A program made the position numbers and the translations under genes. Positions 10,337 through 21,008 of a stretch of 61,950 bases of DNA are shown piece by piece. Source of the DNA: Candidatus Pelearchaeum maunauluense (GTDB lineage: Archaea; Thermoproteota; Nitrososphaeria_A; Caldarchaeales; Caldarchaeaceae); contig JANVYQ010000008.1 in assembly GCA_030059675.1 (NCBI GenBank), positions 1-61,950 on the forward strand, read 5' to 3'. The first letter of the stretch is position 1. Each line of letters starts with the position of its first letter. The notes beneath the pieces are model-generated. The model saw nothing but the letters and a program-made list of their open reading frames with translations. It was not told the origin of the DNA and ran no database searches.

Positions 10337-11071
10337 TTATATGGTGAGCGCCTCGGTTATGGCTAAGAGTGTTATGGCTATTAGTGTTATGAGGGGAGCT
10401 AGTAGTAGGTAGCGCTGTATCCTTGCTTGGAGTATGCCCGCGAAGAGCGTTGCAGCTAGGGCTGTTATGATAACCATTGCTCTTATTGTAATCGTTACTA
10501 TCTCCGGCGCTGCTTGGAATTTGTTGAAGAAGTTTAGTGTCAGGCCTATGAGGGCTGGCATGAGGAGGCTTGATATTACTAGCGCGGTTATCGCCATGCC
10601 GCGTGAGCGTTGGCGTCTAGCCCTCACAAGGCGGCGTATAGTGTCCATATCGTCGGCCAGCATCTTGAGGACATCAGGCCTAACGCCACCTGCCTCGCCA
10701 GTAGTTAATACGCCAAGGGCTAGCCGTAGGTTGGTTGACTTTGTGTTCGCGCGCATGCCGTCAAGTAGCTCTCTGAATGAGATTCCTTCTCCGCTGGATT
10801 CGCGTGTCTTGTTGTAGAGTTTCCTGACTGGGGTTTTGCTCTCCTCAATAGCTTCAACGAAGGCTTGCTCTATCCCCTTGCCCTCCTCAAGCCTCGCCGC
10901 TATCACTTGTAGGAGCCGCGGAACAGCTGCGTCGGTCTTCTCCACCACACCCTCACCATAAGCCTTGACGATGTAGAATATCATCGCCAAGGCCGCTACT
11001 ATGGCCAATATCATCCAATAAGTGGTCCCAACAAGCCGCGACAACACCTCAAACAGAACATCAACAACCAT
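10337..11071 (-). CDS. TadB/TadC-like (single T2SS-F domain) membrane protein
   Basis: N-terminal TM, PRLLQVIAARLEEGKGIEQA..GEAGG..VLKMLADD, three C-terminal TMs. Confidence 0.75.
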   Translation of the reverse strand: MVVDVLFEVLSRLVGTTYWMILAIVAALAMIFYIVKAYGEGVVEKTDAAVPRLLQVIAARLEEGKGIEQAFVEAIEESKTPVRKLYNKTRESSGEGISFRELLDGMRANTKSTNLRLALGVLTTGEAGGVRPDVLKMLADDMDTIRRLVRARRQRSRGMAITALVISSLLMPALIGLTLNFFNKFQAAPEIVTITIRAMVIITALAATLFAGILQARIQRYLLLAPLITLIAITLLAITEALTI

Positions 11072-11274
11072 GCTACACCACTAAAGGCCAAAATGCGGAG
11101 AATGTAGAGGTTATCCCGGTACTTCCCATGCTAATCATACAATTGGAATATGAGGAAAATACAATAACCATGCTACAGTATTATGCAGATAACCACAAGC
11201 TTATAAGACTTTGATAACGAAAACTAAAAACGAATAGATTTATTAGCAAGAAGAGTATTTTAGCGATTTGAGGG

Positions 11275-11721
11275 ATGGAGTGGATGAGGGGAAAGCCCGT
11301 GCTCGGCCGTAAGAGGAGCGGCATAAGCCCAGTAGTCGCCACCGTCATCCTAGTAGCAATTACGATAGTGATTGCGCTGGCCTTCTCATTCTGGGTAAGC
11401 GGTTTGCTAACCGCGTTTCAGCAGACAGAGCGCCTAGAGGTAAGGGCAATAACGGCAAACAACACCAACATATTAATACGTATAAGAAACGTAGGCTCAA
11501 ACGCGGTAACGATAGACAGCATAACCGTAACACAGGCAGGCACGGTTGTTACAGGAATAACAAATATTCCAAGTCTACCTAGGACAATAGCCCCAGGTGG
11601 GATCGCTGACCAAAACATCAGACGCACCGCACCCGGATTCACGCCGGGCTCAAGCTACGATGTGACAGTAATCACTTCATCTGGAAACACATATCCGGTG
11701 ACGGTGTTCATACCAGGGTGA
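11275..11721 (+). CDS. Major type IV pilin
   Basis: RKRSG|ISPVVATVILVAITIVIA class III signal; IRNVGS; PGSSYDVTVITSSGNTY. Confidence 0.93.
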   Translation: MEWMRGKPVLGRKRSGISPVVATVILVAITIVIALAFSFWVSGLLTAFQQTERLEVRAITANNTNILIRIRNVGSNAVTIDSITVTQAGTVVTGITNIPSLPRTIAPGGIADQNIRRTAPGFTPGSSYDVTVITSSGNTYPVTVFIPG

Positions 11722-11890
11722 TAGCGCCCTCACACGCCCAAAACCGCGGCGTATTGTTTATTTCCTATTCTTTTCCTCTAGAATATTAGGGAGCATCATG
11801 CACGAGCCGGTGGAGGATGGACTTGTAAGCCTGCTCCATCGTTTGTAGCTCTCCGCCAATATATGATACGCAGCGCACCAATAAATATTC

Positions 11891-12526
11891 TTGGCCACGC
11901 TACGCGGCTTTTATCAAAGGGTTTTTAGGCTTAATACGGGCCTGCTGGCTATTCTCCAACCGAGCCTAGCCTTGGCCATTCAGGTGCTATACGGCCTCGC
12001 GGCGCTTAGGGGCATGTTGGGCAGGAACCTGGGTATGGAGACCTGTGTGAGGCTGCTGAGCCAGGAGGATTACGGAGAGCTTTCAAGGGGATTACGCAGC
12101 GCTATAGAGATGACGGAGCGGGAGGACATAAGCCTACGGGAAGCGATAGAGGGGGCGGCGGGTAAAGTGAGGTCGCGCTACGCCAAACAGGCCTTGGAGG
12201 CGATAAGCAGCGCGCTAACAGCACCAGACCCCAGGCCTATAATAGAGCTTGAGGCCACGCGCATACAGGATGATGTGGAGCAGCGCCTCAAGTCGTTTGT
12301 TGAAGGCCTATTCGGGATGGCCGAGGCTTTCTTCCTAGTTAGCTTCCTCCTACCCTTGATGATGCTCTCAATAGTCTTCCTCTCCGTAGTCCTCTCGGCT
12401 GCTGGCGCCTTCCTAGCGCTTCCCTCGCTAGACCCAGCGTTGATAGCCCAGCTAACCCTCGCCATACTAGTCGCCGCTCTCGCGGCGATACTGCTAATAA
12501 CATGGAAGAGTGGTAGAATAGTCTAG
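11891..12526 (+). CDS. TadC-like (T2SS-F domain) membrane protein
   Basis: DYGELSRGL..SLREAIE helical domain followed by TM segments; pilus context. Confidence 0.6.
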   Translation: MATLRGFYQRVFRLNTGLLAILQPSLALAIQVLYGLAALRGMLGRNLGMETCVRLLSQEDYGELSRGLRSAIEMTEREDISLREAIEGAAGKVRSRYAKQALEAISSALTAPDPRPIIELEATRIQDDVEQRLKSFVEGLFGMAEAFFLVSFLLPLMMLSIVFLSVVLSAAGAFLALPSLDPALIAQLTLAILVAALAAILLITWKSGRIV

Positions 12527-12530
12527 AACC

Positions 12531-14855
12531 ATGCAGAAAGCGAGGCTGGTTGCCGCTGCTCTCACGGTGATAGCAGCCATCGCCGCGTCGGCTGGTGCAA
12601 CAAACGCCCAAATACCCGGAAGCGGCTCCATATTTATCAAGGTCTCTCTATGGGGCGGAGACCTACACCCAGGCGGAGAAGGCTACGGAATAGTGGAGAT
12701 ACTCAACAACGATACAGTTCCTATACACGTTCTCTCCGTCGGAATAATCATAGAGGGTGAAGAGAGGTTCTCTGGCCTGCTGGAGCTTGAGAAGCCCCGC
12801 GAAATAATTAACGGGACGGTTGATTCTTTCAACGTATCGCTAAGCCCTCCGCCCACCGCACCCTCAGGCAGAGTGAAGGCGAGTGTTGTTCTCACGTATA
12901 TGCGCGAAACACCATTCGGCATGGCTGGCCCCTACAAAATCATACGCGACGTAGGGCTGCTAAAGCTGGCCAGCTACCGCACATTCAAATTCAACATAAT
13001 GGACTACTGGCGCCTCAACCCAGTACCCAACGTTACGGTAATCTTTGAGCGCTCCATAACCAAGACGGAGATTAGGGTAGCAAGCAGTAACGGCACCGTC
13101 TTCGTCAATAGGCTTGGGGATGGGGCTTACACGATAACGGTAATCTATGACTCGCCTTACAGTGGTGAGAGGATAACAATACACTATCCACGTACATACT
13201 CGCTGCTTGACCTCGCGCTCCTAGGCTCTATAAGGACATTCGTCTATGATGTTGTGGTTAATGTTTTTGACCTGAATGGGCGGCGGTTGAATGCGTCAGC
13301 TCTACTGGGCTGGGCGTATAAGGAAGCTGTTGATGGGCGCGTGGTCTTTCACAACGTCCCGCGCGGCGAGTATAATCTAACGCTCTTCTGGCGCGGGGTT
13401 GAGGTCTTTAGAACATCGGTAGAGGTTTCTGAGCCATTCCTATACCAGGCGCCTGGCGCTGAGTTTTCCGCAAAGGCTGATGTGGGCGACCTAGCTTTGC
13501 GAATCGTTAACGTAGACCAGAGGGAGCTTGAGAAGAAGGTGCGTCTAGAGCTTCTGGGAAGCGGAATAGCAGAACAGGAGAACGCAACTGGGAGGGCTGT
13601 CTTCACACTCCTCCCGCGTGGCGAGTATAGGATAAGCGCGTACATGATAAACGACTACCTTGGAGAAGAGGTCAAGGTTGGCGAGACTACTCTTAGGATA
13701 CCTGAAAACAACGGCGAGAATAATCTCACGGTTGCCGTGTTTGATGGGAGGCTAATCTTCGTTGATAAGGATGGTGAGCGGCTGAATGTCCATCAAGTAA
13801 TCTTTGCTGGTAGGAATTATACGCTTGACGGCGGCGTGCTACGTCTTGCTGCGATAACCTCTGGAGAATACATGGTTAAAGCCTCGTGGCTAGGTGTAAA
13901 GGTCTTCAACAAGAACATCACGCTATCGCCAGCAAACCGCGAGATAGAGATAACCCTTGAAGTCTATGATACAGTCTTCAAGGTATCAACACTGGACGGT
14001 AAGCCCCTAGAGGATGGAGTACTAATCCTAGCGCTCAGAAACGCCACAGTGTTTAGGGCTGGCATTGAGAATGGGACTGCGCAGCTGGAGAACATACCCG
14101 CCGCCCGTTATGTCATCAACATAACTCTACGGGGCGAGACGGTGTATTATGGGGAGAGCATAATAGCCGAGAGTGAGAAGAGCATAATAGCTAACGCGAG
14201 TCTCTTCTCAGTTGTCTTCGTTGACCAGGCTGGTAGGCCTGTATCTGGGGTTGTCGTTAGGTCAGCTGGCTTGGAGGGCGTCTCCTCTGCCGATGGTAGG
14301 GCTGTGCTTGGTGTTGTTCCAGTAGGCGATTATAGACTCGTAGCAGCCTACCGCAACATAACTGTGGCCTCGCTCAACGTAAGCGTAGGAACAGAGCCCC
14401 TGAAACTAGTGATGCCGCTATACCAGCTTGAGGTAGTGGTGGTCTCTGAGCTGGGCTTACCCCTTGACGCGGATATGGCTCTACTCAGGGAAGGAGTACA
14501 GATAGACCGCGCAGCTGGAAGCAGCGCTCTATTCCAATCACTGCCCGAAGGTGATTATGTTCTGCGCCTCACGCGCGGGGCTAGGCAGGTTGAGGTAGGG
14601 GTGCGCGTACCAGAGAATAGTATGACGCGAATCACATTCCCGCTGGCTTTGGAGATAGGTGGGATAGCCCTAAGCGCTCAGGAGCTCTTCATCATACTAC
14701 TACCCATAGTCCTGGCGGTCATAGGGTTTCTAGCATTCCTCGCTGTTAGGTACGCTGTTAGAGGCGCAACCAGGAGAAGACCACCGCCGAAAAAGCCGCG
14801 CAGGGGAAGGCCACCATCACAACCTAGAGCTATCCGCGAAGAGCTGAGGCTATGA
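12531..14855 (+). CDS. Large cell-surface glycoprotein with tandem Ig-like/carboxypeptidase-regulatory-like domains
   Basis: Signal peptide, repeated F..LP.GEY.. beta modules, many NxS/T sites, C-terminal TM and basic tail. Confidence 0.8.
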   Translation: MQKARLVAAALTVIAAIAASAGATNAQIPGSGSIFIKVSLWGGDLHPGGEGYGIVEILNNDTVPIHVLSVGIIIEGEERFSGLLELEKPREIINGTVDSFNVSLSPPPTAPSGRVKASVVLTYMRETPFGMAGPYKIIRDVGLLKLASYRTFKFNIMDYWRLNPVPNVTVIFERSITKTEIRVASSNGTVFVNRLGDGAYTITVIYDSPYSGERITIHYPRTYSLLDLALLGSIRTFVYDVVVNVFDLNGRRLNASALLGWAYKEAVDGRVVFHNVPRGEYNLTLFWRGVEVFRTSVEVSEPFLYQAPGAEFSAKADVGDLALRIVNVDQRELEKKVRLELLGSGIAEQENATGRAVFTLLPRGEYRISAYMINDYLGEEVKVGETTLRIPENNGENNLTVAVFDGRLIFVDKDGERLNVHQVIFAGRNYTLDGGVLRLAAITSGEYMVKASWLGVKVFNKNITLSPANREIEITLEVYDTVFKVSTLDGKPLEDGVLILALRNATVFRAGIENGTAQLENIPAARYVINITLRGETVYYGESIIAESEKSIIANASLFSVVFVDQAGRPVSGVVVRSAGLEGVSSADGRAVLGVVPVGDYRLVAAYRNITVASLNVSVGTEPLKLVMPLYQLEVVVVSELGLPLDADMALLREGVQIDRAAGSSALFQSLPEGDYVLRLTRGARQVEVGVRVPENSMTRITFPLALEIGGIALSAQELFIILLPIVLAVIGFLAFLAVRYAVRGATRRRPPPKKPRRGRPPSQPRAIREELRL

Positions 14856-14877
14856 GCTTATATACATCAGTTCCAGC

Positions 14878-15624
14878 GTGATAGCGGATGGTTATCAAGT
14901 CATGATGCGGGTTCCTACTGGTGTTCCAGGTCTTGACGCCATGCTCGGGGGCGGCATACCACGCGGCAACATCGTTCTGCTCTACGGCGGGCCAGGCTCA
15001 GGCAAGACTACGCTGGCTTTACAGTTCCTCTACCGCGCAGCCGTAGAGCAGGGTGAGAACACGCTATACGTGAGCGTTGAGGAGAAGAAGAACCGCATAT
15101 ACGAGAGATTCACGCCTCTGGGCTTTAAGCTGGAAGAAACAGAGAAGGCGGGGAGATTCCACTTCCTAGACGCCACGCCTATACGCTTACTCGGCGAAGA
15201 GCAGCTCCAGACAGCCTCCAAATTCCCAGTCTCAGGGATAATAACGCGGATAAGGGAGCTAGTAACACGTAATAAGATTACCAGGATAGCGATAGACCCG
15301 CTCACAATACTCTCGCTAATGTATCAGAAGCCCTACGAGAGGAGGCAGATGCTCTACGAGCTATTCACCAAGCTCTCGGACATGGGAGTTACGACGCTTA
15401 TGGTTGCGGAGATGCGTGAGAGCGGCGCGCGTAGGACTATTGAGGTTGAGGAATACTTGGCTGATGGCATAATCTCGCTCAGGACACTCATGTCCAGGAA
15501 CGCTTTGATAAGGGTTTTACAGGTGGAGAAGATGCGCGGCGCCGAGGTGGATATACAGCCGCGCCCCTACACAATATCCAAGAACGGCATAGTAGTGCAC
15601 TCAGACGAGACGATATTCGTCTAG
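14878..15624 (+). CDS. KaiC/RAD55-like RecA-superfamily ATPase (single domain)
   Basis: VPTGVPGLDAMLGGGIP..GGPGSGKT; SVEE; EYLADGII; VEKMRG. Confidence 0.93.
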   Translation: MIADGYQVMMRVPTGVPGLDAMLGGGIPRGNIVLLYGGPGSGKTTLALQFLYRAAVEQGENTLYVSVEEKKNRIYERFTPLGFKLEETEKAGRFHFLDATPIRLLGEEQLQTASKFPVSGIITRIRELVTRNKITRIAIDPLTILSLMYQKPYERRQMLYELFTKLSDMGVTTLMVAEMRESGARRTIEVEEYLADGIISLRTLMSRNALIRVLQVEKMRGAEVDIQPRPYTISKNGIVVHSDETIFV

Positions 15625-17681
15625 CCCATCTCAGCGCAGCGGCTGAAAAGCTCCTTAATGCCGTAGACTTCCTCCCTGCTATGTAGCATACTGTTCATCA
15701 AAACCAGTATTGCGTTGTCATCGCGGCCTCGCGCCATTATACGCTGAATAACATCCAACAACCAGCGCCTCGTGATGAGCAGCTTATGAACCAGGAGAAC
15801 ATCGGACAATACGTCCAACACTACTAGCTTATTCTTCCCATCGCCGTTGAAGCTTTCTAGGCTTTCAATTATCGCGCGGCTAAGTAGCGTGAGGTCATCA
15901 ACGTTCTTGACCACCATTACTCTCCCGCCCTGCTCATACTCTCCGCGCAGTGTGGCTATTACAAGCCTGACATTCTCCCCATACTCCTGGGGGTTGTTGA
16001 GGAGGGGCTTCGTCGTAGCTAGGATTACATTCACATCGCCCAGCATGGCTATGTTGTGAATTAGTCGCGATACCTCTGAGTTGTCGGAGAAGAGTATTAG
16101 GCATGGCTCGCCGTAAGGTATTCCCCCGCCCAGCTGCTCGTCTAACCTGCCCACACCAGTCTTGATGAGCATCACACCACCCCGCTTCTGCGTAGCACCA
16201 CACCCTATCAAGAGAACACGCTGCATCCCAGCCCTATCGCGGTATGTTATCACGGCGACACGCGCCTCGTAAGAGCCCTCAACACGCAGCACAGTAGACT
16301 CCAACGGCTTAAGGATGTCCTTCACAAGCTTACGCCCCCTAGGGCTTACACCCTCCAGGAATATCTCGGAAACGGTTGAGGCACCTATGTTGAGCAGACG
16401 TATAGCGTGTGTCCCGTCCCCGTTCTCGTATTTGGCTACCAGGTAGCCGTTAGCCATGTCTGGTGGCTCCACCATGAAGAGCGGCGGTAGCTGTGGTGGG
16501 GATGGAGCATGCGAGAACATAGCATCAACTATGCTCATTCCCTTTACCAGCTGTTTGAGGCTAACATCTCCCCCGTGACCGTTGCCAGGCAAGACGGCGG
16601 AAGTGGCCGCGTCAGCATACCTCCTCATGGTCTCGGCGATAACCCCATCATGCTGCACAGCATCTCTAAAAGCGCCCAGCATCTCAAGAGCTTCCAGCAC
16701 ACTCTTACATAGATGCGCAGCCTCCCTGTTGGAGAGAATAGTGTATAGATGATATGCCTGGCGTAGGTTTCTCTCAGCCAGCGCCAGCGAGGCCTTGTCC
16801 TTAGTCGCTATGGCCTTGTGCAGGTAGCCAGCAGCCCTGCTCAGCGCAGCATGGGCAGAGAGCATGTATCTCTCCCGACTCTCATCACAACTCTCGGCAG
16901 CACGCCTAAAGAGCTCAGCAGCATCAAGATATGGAAACTGGCTCTTCCCAGCTTCCGCCCTAATGAGCGTAGAATAGGCCAGTATCAACGCGTGGAGCGC
17001 CGATACCTGCCTAAACTCTGGCCTGCCCAAAACCTCTGAAGCACGCTCAAAGAGATAGGCTGCTTCGGAAAAGTTATGTGAGCGCGCGGCCTCCACACCG
17101 CGAGTCAGGAAAACATAACTCTGGACAATCTTGGACAATGCTCCTAGATTAGATTGAACAGTTCTCAGAAGCTCGCGCATATGTGTGTCTGACACGACGA
17201 GAGAGAGCAGAAGCTCAATATCGTCAATAATCTCGCGCGTCCTTGCGCTAAGACGCTCAAGGAAGCCAATATCAACGTTATCTTTGGCCTCCAGATAACT
17301 CGCGTATAGCTCCGCCAGCCTCACAACAACACTGCGGATGGGGTCTATATCCCCAGCCACATCCAAGACTTTAGCGTCGCGCCCATGACCGTTGCCGTTG
17401 ATTCTCCTGAGAAGCGACAGCGTGTTCTGTAGATAATCAATAAACCACGCACTTTCTATCCCGTGTTGTTTTAGTATGCGTTTGAGTAGCTGGAGGGCTG
17501 CGTCAACGTATGCCTCTGCGATTATGTTCTGGCCTTGCTGCGCTGCTTGGCGCGCTCCTCTCCATAGGTTCTCCGCAGCCACCATCGGGACGCCGCGTCT
17601 CTCAAGGCTAATACTCATGGCCAACATGCGCCGAGCCTTATCCACATCATAGATGTCTATGGACTGCCCCATCCCAGGCAC
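15621..17681 (-). CDS. Helical-repeat (TPR-like) protein fused to a degenerate KaiC-like ATPase domain
   Basis: Ala-rich helical repeats; C-terminal IKTGVGRLDEQLGGGIP with no Walker A GKT (ILFSDNSEVS). Confidence 0.7.
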   Translation of the reverse strand: MPGMGQSIDIYDVDKARRMLAMSISLERRGVPMVAAENLWRGARQAAQQGQNIIAEAYVDAALQLLKRILKQHGIESAWFIDYLQNTLSLLRRINGNGHGRDAKVLDVAGDIDPIRSVVVRLAELYASYLEAKDNVDIGFLERLSARTREIIDDIELLLSLVVSDTHMRELLRTVQSNLGALSKIVQSYVFLTRGVEAARSHNFSEAAYLFERASEVLGRPEFRQVSALHALILAYSTLIRAEAGKSQFPYLDAAELFRRAAESCDESRERYMLSAHAALSRAAGYLHKAIATKDKASLALAERNLRQAYHLYTILSNREAAHLCKSVLEALEMLGAFRDAVQHDGVIAETMRRYADAATSAVLPGNGHGGDVSLKQLVKGMSIVDAMFSHAPSPPQLPPLFMVEPPDMANGYLVAKYENGDGTHAIRLLNIGASTVSEIFLEGVSPRGRKLVKDILKPLESTVLRVEGSYEARVAVITYRDRAGMQRVLLIGCGATQKRGGVMLIKTGVGRLDEQLGGGIPYGEPCLILFSDNSEVSRLIHNIAMLGDVNVILATTKPLLNNPQEYGENVRLVIATLRGEYEQGGRVMVVKNVDDLTLLSRAIIESLESFNGDGKNKLVVLDVLSDVLLVHKLLITRRWLLDVIQRIMARGRDDNAILVLMNSMLHSREEVYGIKELFSRCAEMG

Positions 17682-18990
17682 CCAGCGCGGAAGCAGGCTT
17701 ATTATATCACTCGCCCAGCCCAGCTACACAAAATCCCAAGTAAATACCGTGAGCAAGCCCACACATGACAAGAAGATTACAGCAAACACTCTTAAATCAT
17801 CTTCAACACATCTAAAACAGGGATTGAGCGAGCTACCGGCTTCATATGGTAAGGTTAAGATACGTAGAGCCGAGGATGGCTCAGCCCCTATTTATGAGCT
17901 GGAACAACCCATGGATGCGCTAGCATCGCTGAAAACACTACTTGAGGATGATGAGCTGGAGGAGATAGTCTTCAACGGCCCCAGTCGGGGGCTTCAGCTA
18001 TACCATAGACGCTACGGACTATGTAGGACGAATATGAGGATTGAGGCTGGTGATGTTCCTCAGGTTTTGTCCTGGCTCTATGACATGATGGGCTACGCTG
18101 CTCCTGAGTTTCCCGTTGTTGAGGGCAGGCTGCCAGACGGTAGTAGGGTCTCGGTAGCTACAGCACCCGTCGCGGTTGATGGGCCATACTTCAGCATTAG
18201 GAAGTTTCCGAGAAACCCCTTCACCCTCCGCGACCTAGTTAAGTTTGGGATGATGTCGCCAGATGTCGCGGCGCTCCTCTCCCTCTATGTAGACGGCCTA
18301 GGCGTGAGGCCAGCCAACATACTCATAGCAGGCGGCACGGGAAGCGGGAAGACAACGCTCCTCTCATCACTGGCGCAGCTAATACCGAAGCAGAGCAGGA
18401 TAATCATAATAGAGGACACCCCAGAAATAAGCCTAGAGCACCCCAACATGATTAGACTAACCGTAACCCCCATTCATTTTGAGAGGCAGGTGGATATGGA
18501 GGTGCTGCTGCGAGCCTCGCTTAGGATGAGGCCTGATAGGCTTATTGTCGGCGAGGTTAGGGGGCGTGAGGCCGAGACCCTGCTCGCTGCGATGAACACT
18601 GGCCACCTAGGTAGCATGGGTACCATACACGCCAACACGTCGCAGGAAGCGGTTAAACGCCTCACAAACCCACCCATGAATGTTCCACCACAGATGCTCG
18701 CAGCCCTAGACCTAATCATAACAACAGCCAAGATAAACACGGGGAGCACAACCAAGCGCGTAATCCTAGAAATCTCGGAGACAGCAGGGTTTGACGAGAA
18801 GGGGCCAAGACTAAACCAGCTCTACAAATACAACATATCAGAAGATAGAATAATCCCAACGGGAATACCTAGCTCATTCCGCGAACGCTTTATAAAAGAA
18901 ACAGGAATAAATCGCGAAAAATACAACGAAATACTACACGAAAAAGCAAGTAAATTCGTAGATGAAGAAGAGATGAATGATGCTTCATAG
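17653..18990 (+). CDS. CpaF/TadA-family secretion ATPase (true start probably near 17824)
   Basis: EGRLPDGSR, SIRKF, GGTGSGKTT, IEDTPE, LRMRPDRLIVGEVRG, NTGH. Confidence 0.93.
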   Translation: MSMDCPIPGTQRGSRLIISLAQPSYTKSQVNTVSKPTHDKKITANTLKSSSTHLKQGLSELPASYGKVKIRRAEDGSAPIYELEQPMDALASLKTLLEDDELEEIVFNGPSRGLQLYHRRYGLCRTNMRIEAGDVPQVLSWLYDMMGYAAPEFPVVEGRLPDGSRVSVATAPVAVDGPYFSIRKFPRNPFTLRDLVKFGMMSPDVAALLSLYVDGLGVRPANILIAGGTGSGKTTLLSSLAQLIPKQSRIIIIEDTPEISLEHPNMIRLTVTPIHFERQVDMEVLLRASLRMRPDRLIVGEVRGREAETLLAAMNTGHLGSMGTIHANTSQEAVKRLTNPPMNVPPQMLAALDLIITTAKINTGSTTKRVILEISETAGFDEKGPRLNQLYKYNISEDRIIPTGIPSSFRERFIKETGINREKYNEILHEKASKFVDEEEMNDAS

Positions 18991-19061
18991 AGATTTTCAT
19001 CTTTAAATATGGATGACCGTTCATTCGGCGTTAATCATGCTAAAACACCTAGCTTAAAAGA

Positions 19062-19634
19062 TTGGGGACGCGCTGCGGTAATTTCCGTTTTTGGACTTGG
19101 TCATGTAGGTCTTGGGAGAAGAACTTTATACGGAATAGGTTTAGAAAACATGGTGATATTCTGAACTTTAGGGTTTATGGCGTCTCAAATCCCGTGGCAA
19201 TACTTATGAGCTTCTTTTACCGCGGAGTCCTCCTCTTCGGGTACTTTGGATACCTGATAATAATAGCGATGGCAAATCCACAAGTTCTAATCCCAATCCT
19301 CCTCTCCTACATCTTCTACACACTCCTCTCACTCTTCTCACTCACAATATCAGCGTCCCTCTCACCAGAGAAGGCTACAGACTTCAGGCACATAGTATTC
19401 GCTCCCCTAATGCCGTTCTACAGGACACTACCACGCATACCCAGAACAGTCGCGTATATTGAGGAGTTTCTAGGAATACGATATGAAGACCCGTTCTACC
19501 CGCCTGAGGTCTGGCGCGTGGCACCACGCTATAGATTTAACAAAACCGTGGGAGCCGTTGTCATATTATTCTTCGTAACGTCGTTCTTCACAGCCATAAT
19601 ACTAACCAGGGTAGTGGCGGCTCTACTAGCTTAG
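19062..19634 (+). pseudogene. Membrane-protein fragment resembling the C-terminus of a GT2 glycosyltransferase
   Basis: TM segments and LMPFY..EDPFYPPEVW; no catalytic N-terminal domain or clear start. Confidence 0.4.
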
Positions 19635-20868
19635 CCGCCAGTCTTTTCAGTGACATGCTTATACACCATGATGCTCCTGGTCTCGTCTAGGCTGAACTTA
19701 CTCTTACACTCGCGGCAGTAAGCGAGTATGGTCGGCGACTTGTTGCGGCAGCCGCATTCAAGGCATACATGATAGTCGTTCAGCGTGTTGTAGAGAAGCT
19801 TCTCCGACCCGTATTTGGCACATGTCTCTACTAGGTCTAGTCTCTGGGAGCTGCATTTGGGGCATACATGAACTCGCTCAGCCCTAACAACGCCCACCAC
19901 CGCCTTAATCCTGTTGAAGACAAGCTCAACAAGCCCCTCGGTAGTCGGAGACTCCATTACATGAATCTTGTAGAAGCTGGCTAGGCGTCTGGCCTGCTCG
20001 CTAAGGCCAGGAACCGCGACGAGGAAAAGCTCGTTTAGCCTTGTGTCCAGCTTGATGGCGGAGGGTGAGAGAACCCTAACCTCATCAATTGGGTTATCGT
20101 CTATCACGAAATCTAGAGCGGCGGTGAACGAGTAGTCTGGGGTTGAGATAATCATGGAGAATGTATGCTCTATCCCTGAAACACCCTTGAACGAGCTCAT
20201 CACATCAACAACCCAGCCTAGGGCTTGAAGCTTCTCCGCTATCTTCTGCAAGTCTATAAACTCGGCCTCAAGAGCGGCGCGCTTCTCAGGGTTAAACCGA
20301 TACGAGGCTATCGTGAAGATGGACTCCTCACCTTCAGAAATAGTCCTGCCACACTTATAGCAAAGAAGGCTCCTGGCTACTATAGAGTTGAAGTTGCCGC
20401 ATGAGAGGCATTTGTAGTAGTTTATCGGCTTTCTATAATCTATCCCGATTGCCCTAAGCTGCTTATTACACTTGGGACATACCAACGAGCCGCCGCGTAG
20501 GAATTTATGCTCAAAATCTATATGCCCGCAGCTCATATGCTCTATCACTATTCCCTTCTCCAAGCGCGGCGAGTTGCATATAGGGCAGCGCAGCTCTATC
20601 GCGAACGTTGATGACGGGCATGAGGGGCATGATACGAGTGTTCTATCAAGCTCGCGTATGAGTATCCCCTCATCCGCCAGGCTCTCTAAGATATTCCTAA
20701 CCTCAGACGGCGGGGATCCAGAATCTCCTCAACCTCTGGGTACGTTACCCCGCGTGCAGGGTCTACGAATGGCCTAATTTCAGATATGTTGCCGCTTATA
20801 AGCGCCTTAACCAGCTTCTGCACACGCTTCCTAGCTATTGCCTCGCTACCACCTGCGGCGGCAGTCAA
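19631..20868 (-). pseudogene. TackOD1-type Zn-ribbon/REase-like protein, frameshifted; paralog of the 5551-7224 C-terminal part
   Basis: ISGNISEIRP..YPEVEEIL (cf. ISGELREMRP..YPQVEELL), frameshift near 20718, then CPSC..CPIC..HMSCG..CPKC..GVSGIEHTF. Confidence 0.75.
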
Positions 20869-21008
20869 ATCTTAAAAGCACCACGCGGTCTTCCCCTTTC
20901 ACCAAACACGCGTGAAGTGATGCTATTTTAGTATAGTCTAGAAGCTACCTAGAATATTTATACGAAGACAAGGGAGGAGAGCTACTACTCCGCTGTCTCA
21001 TGCATGAA

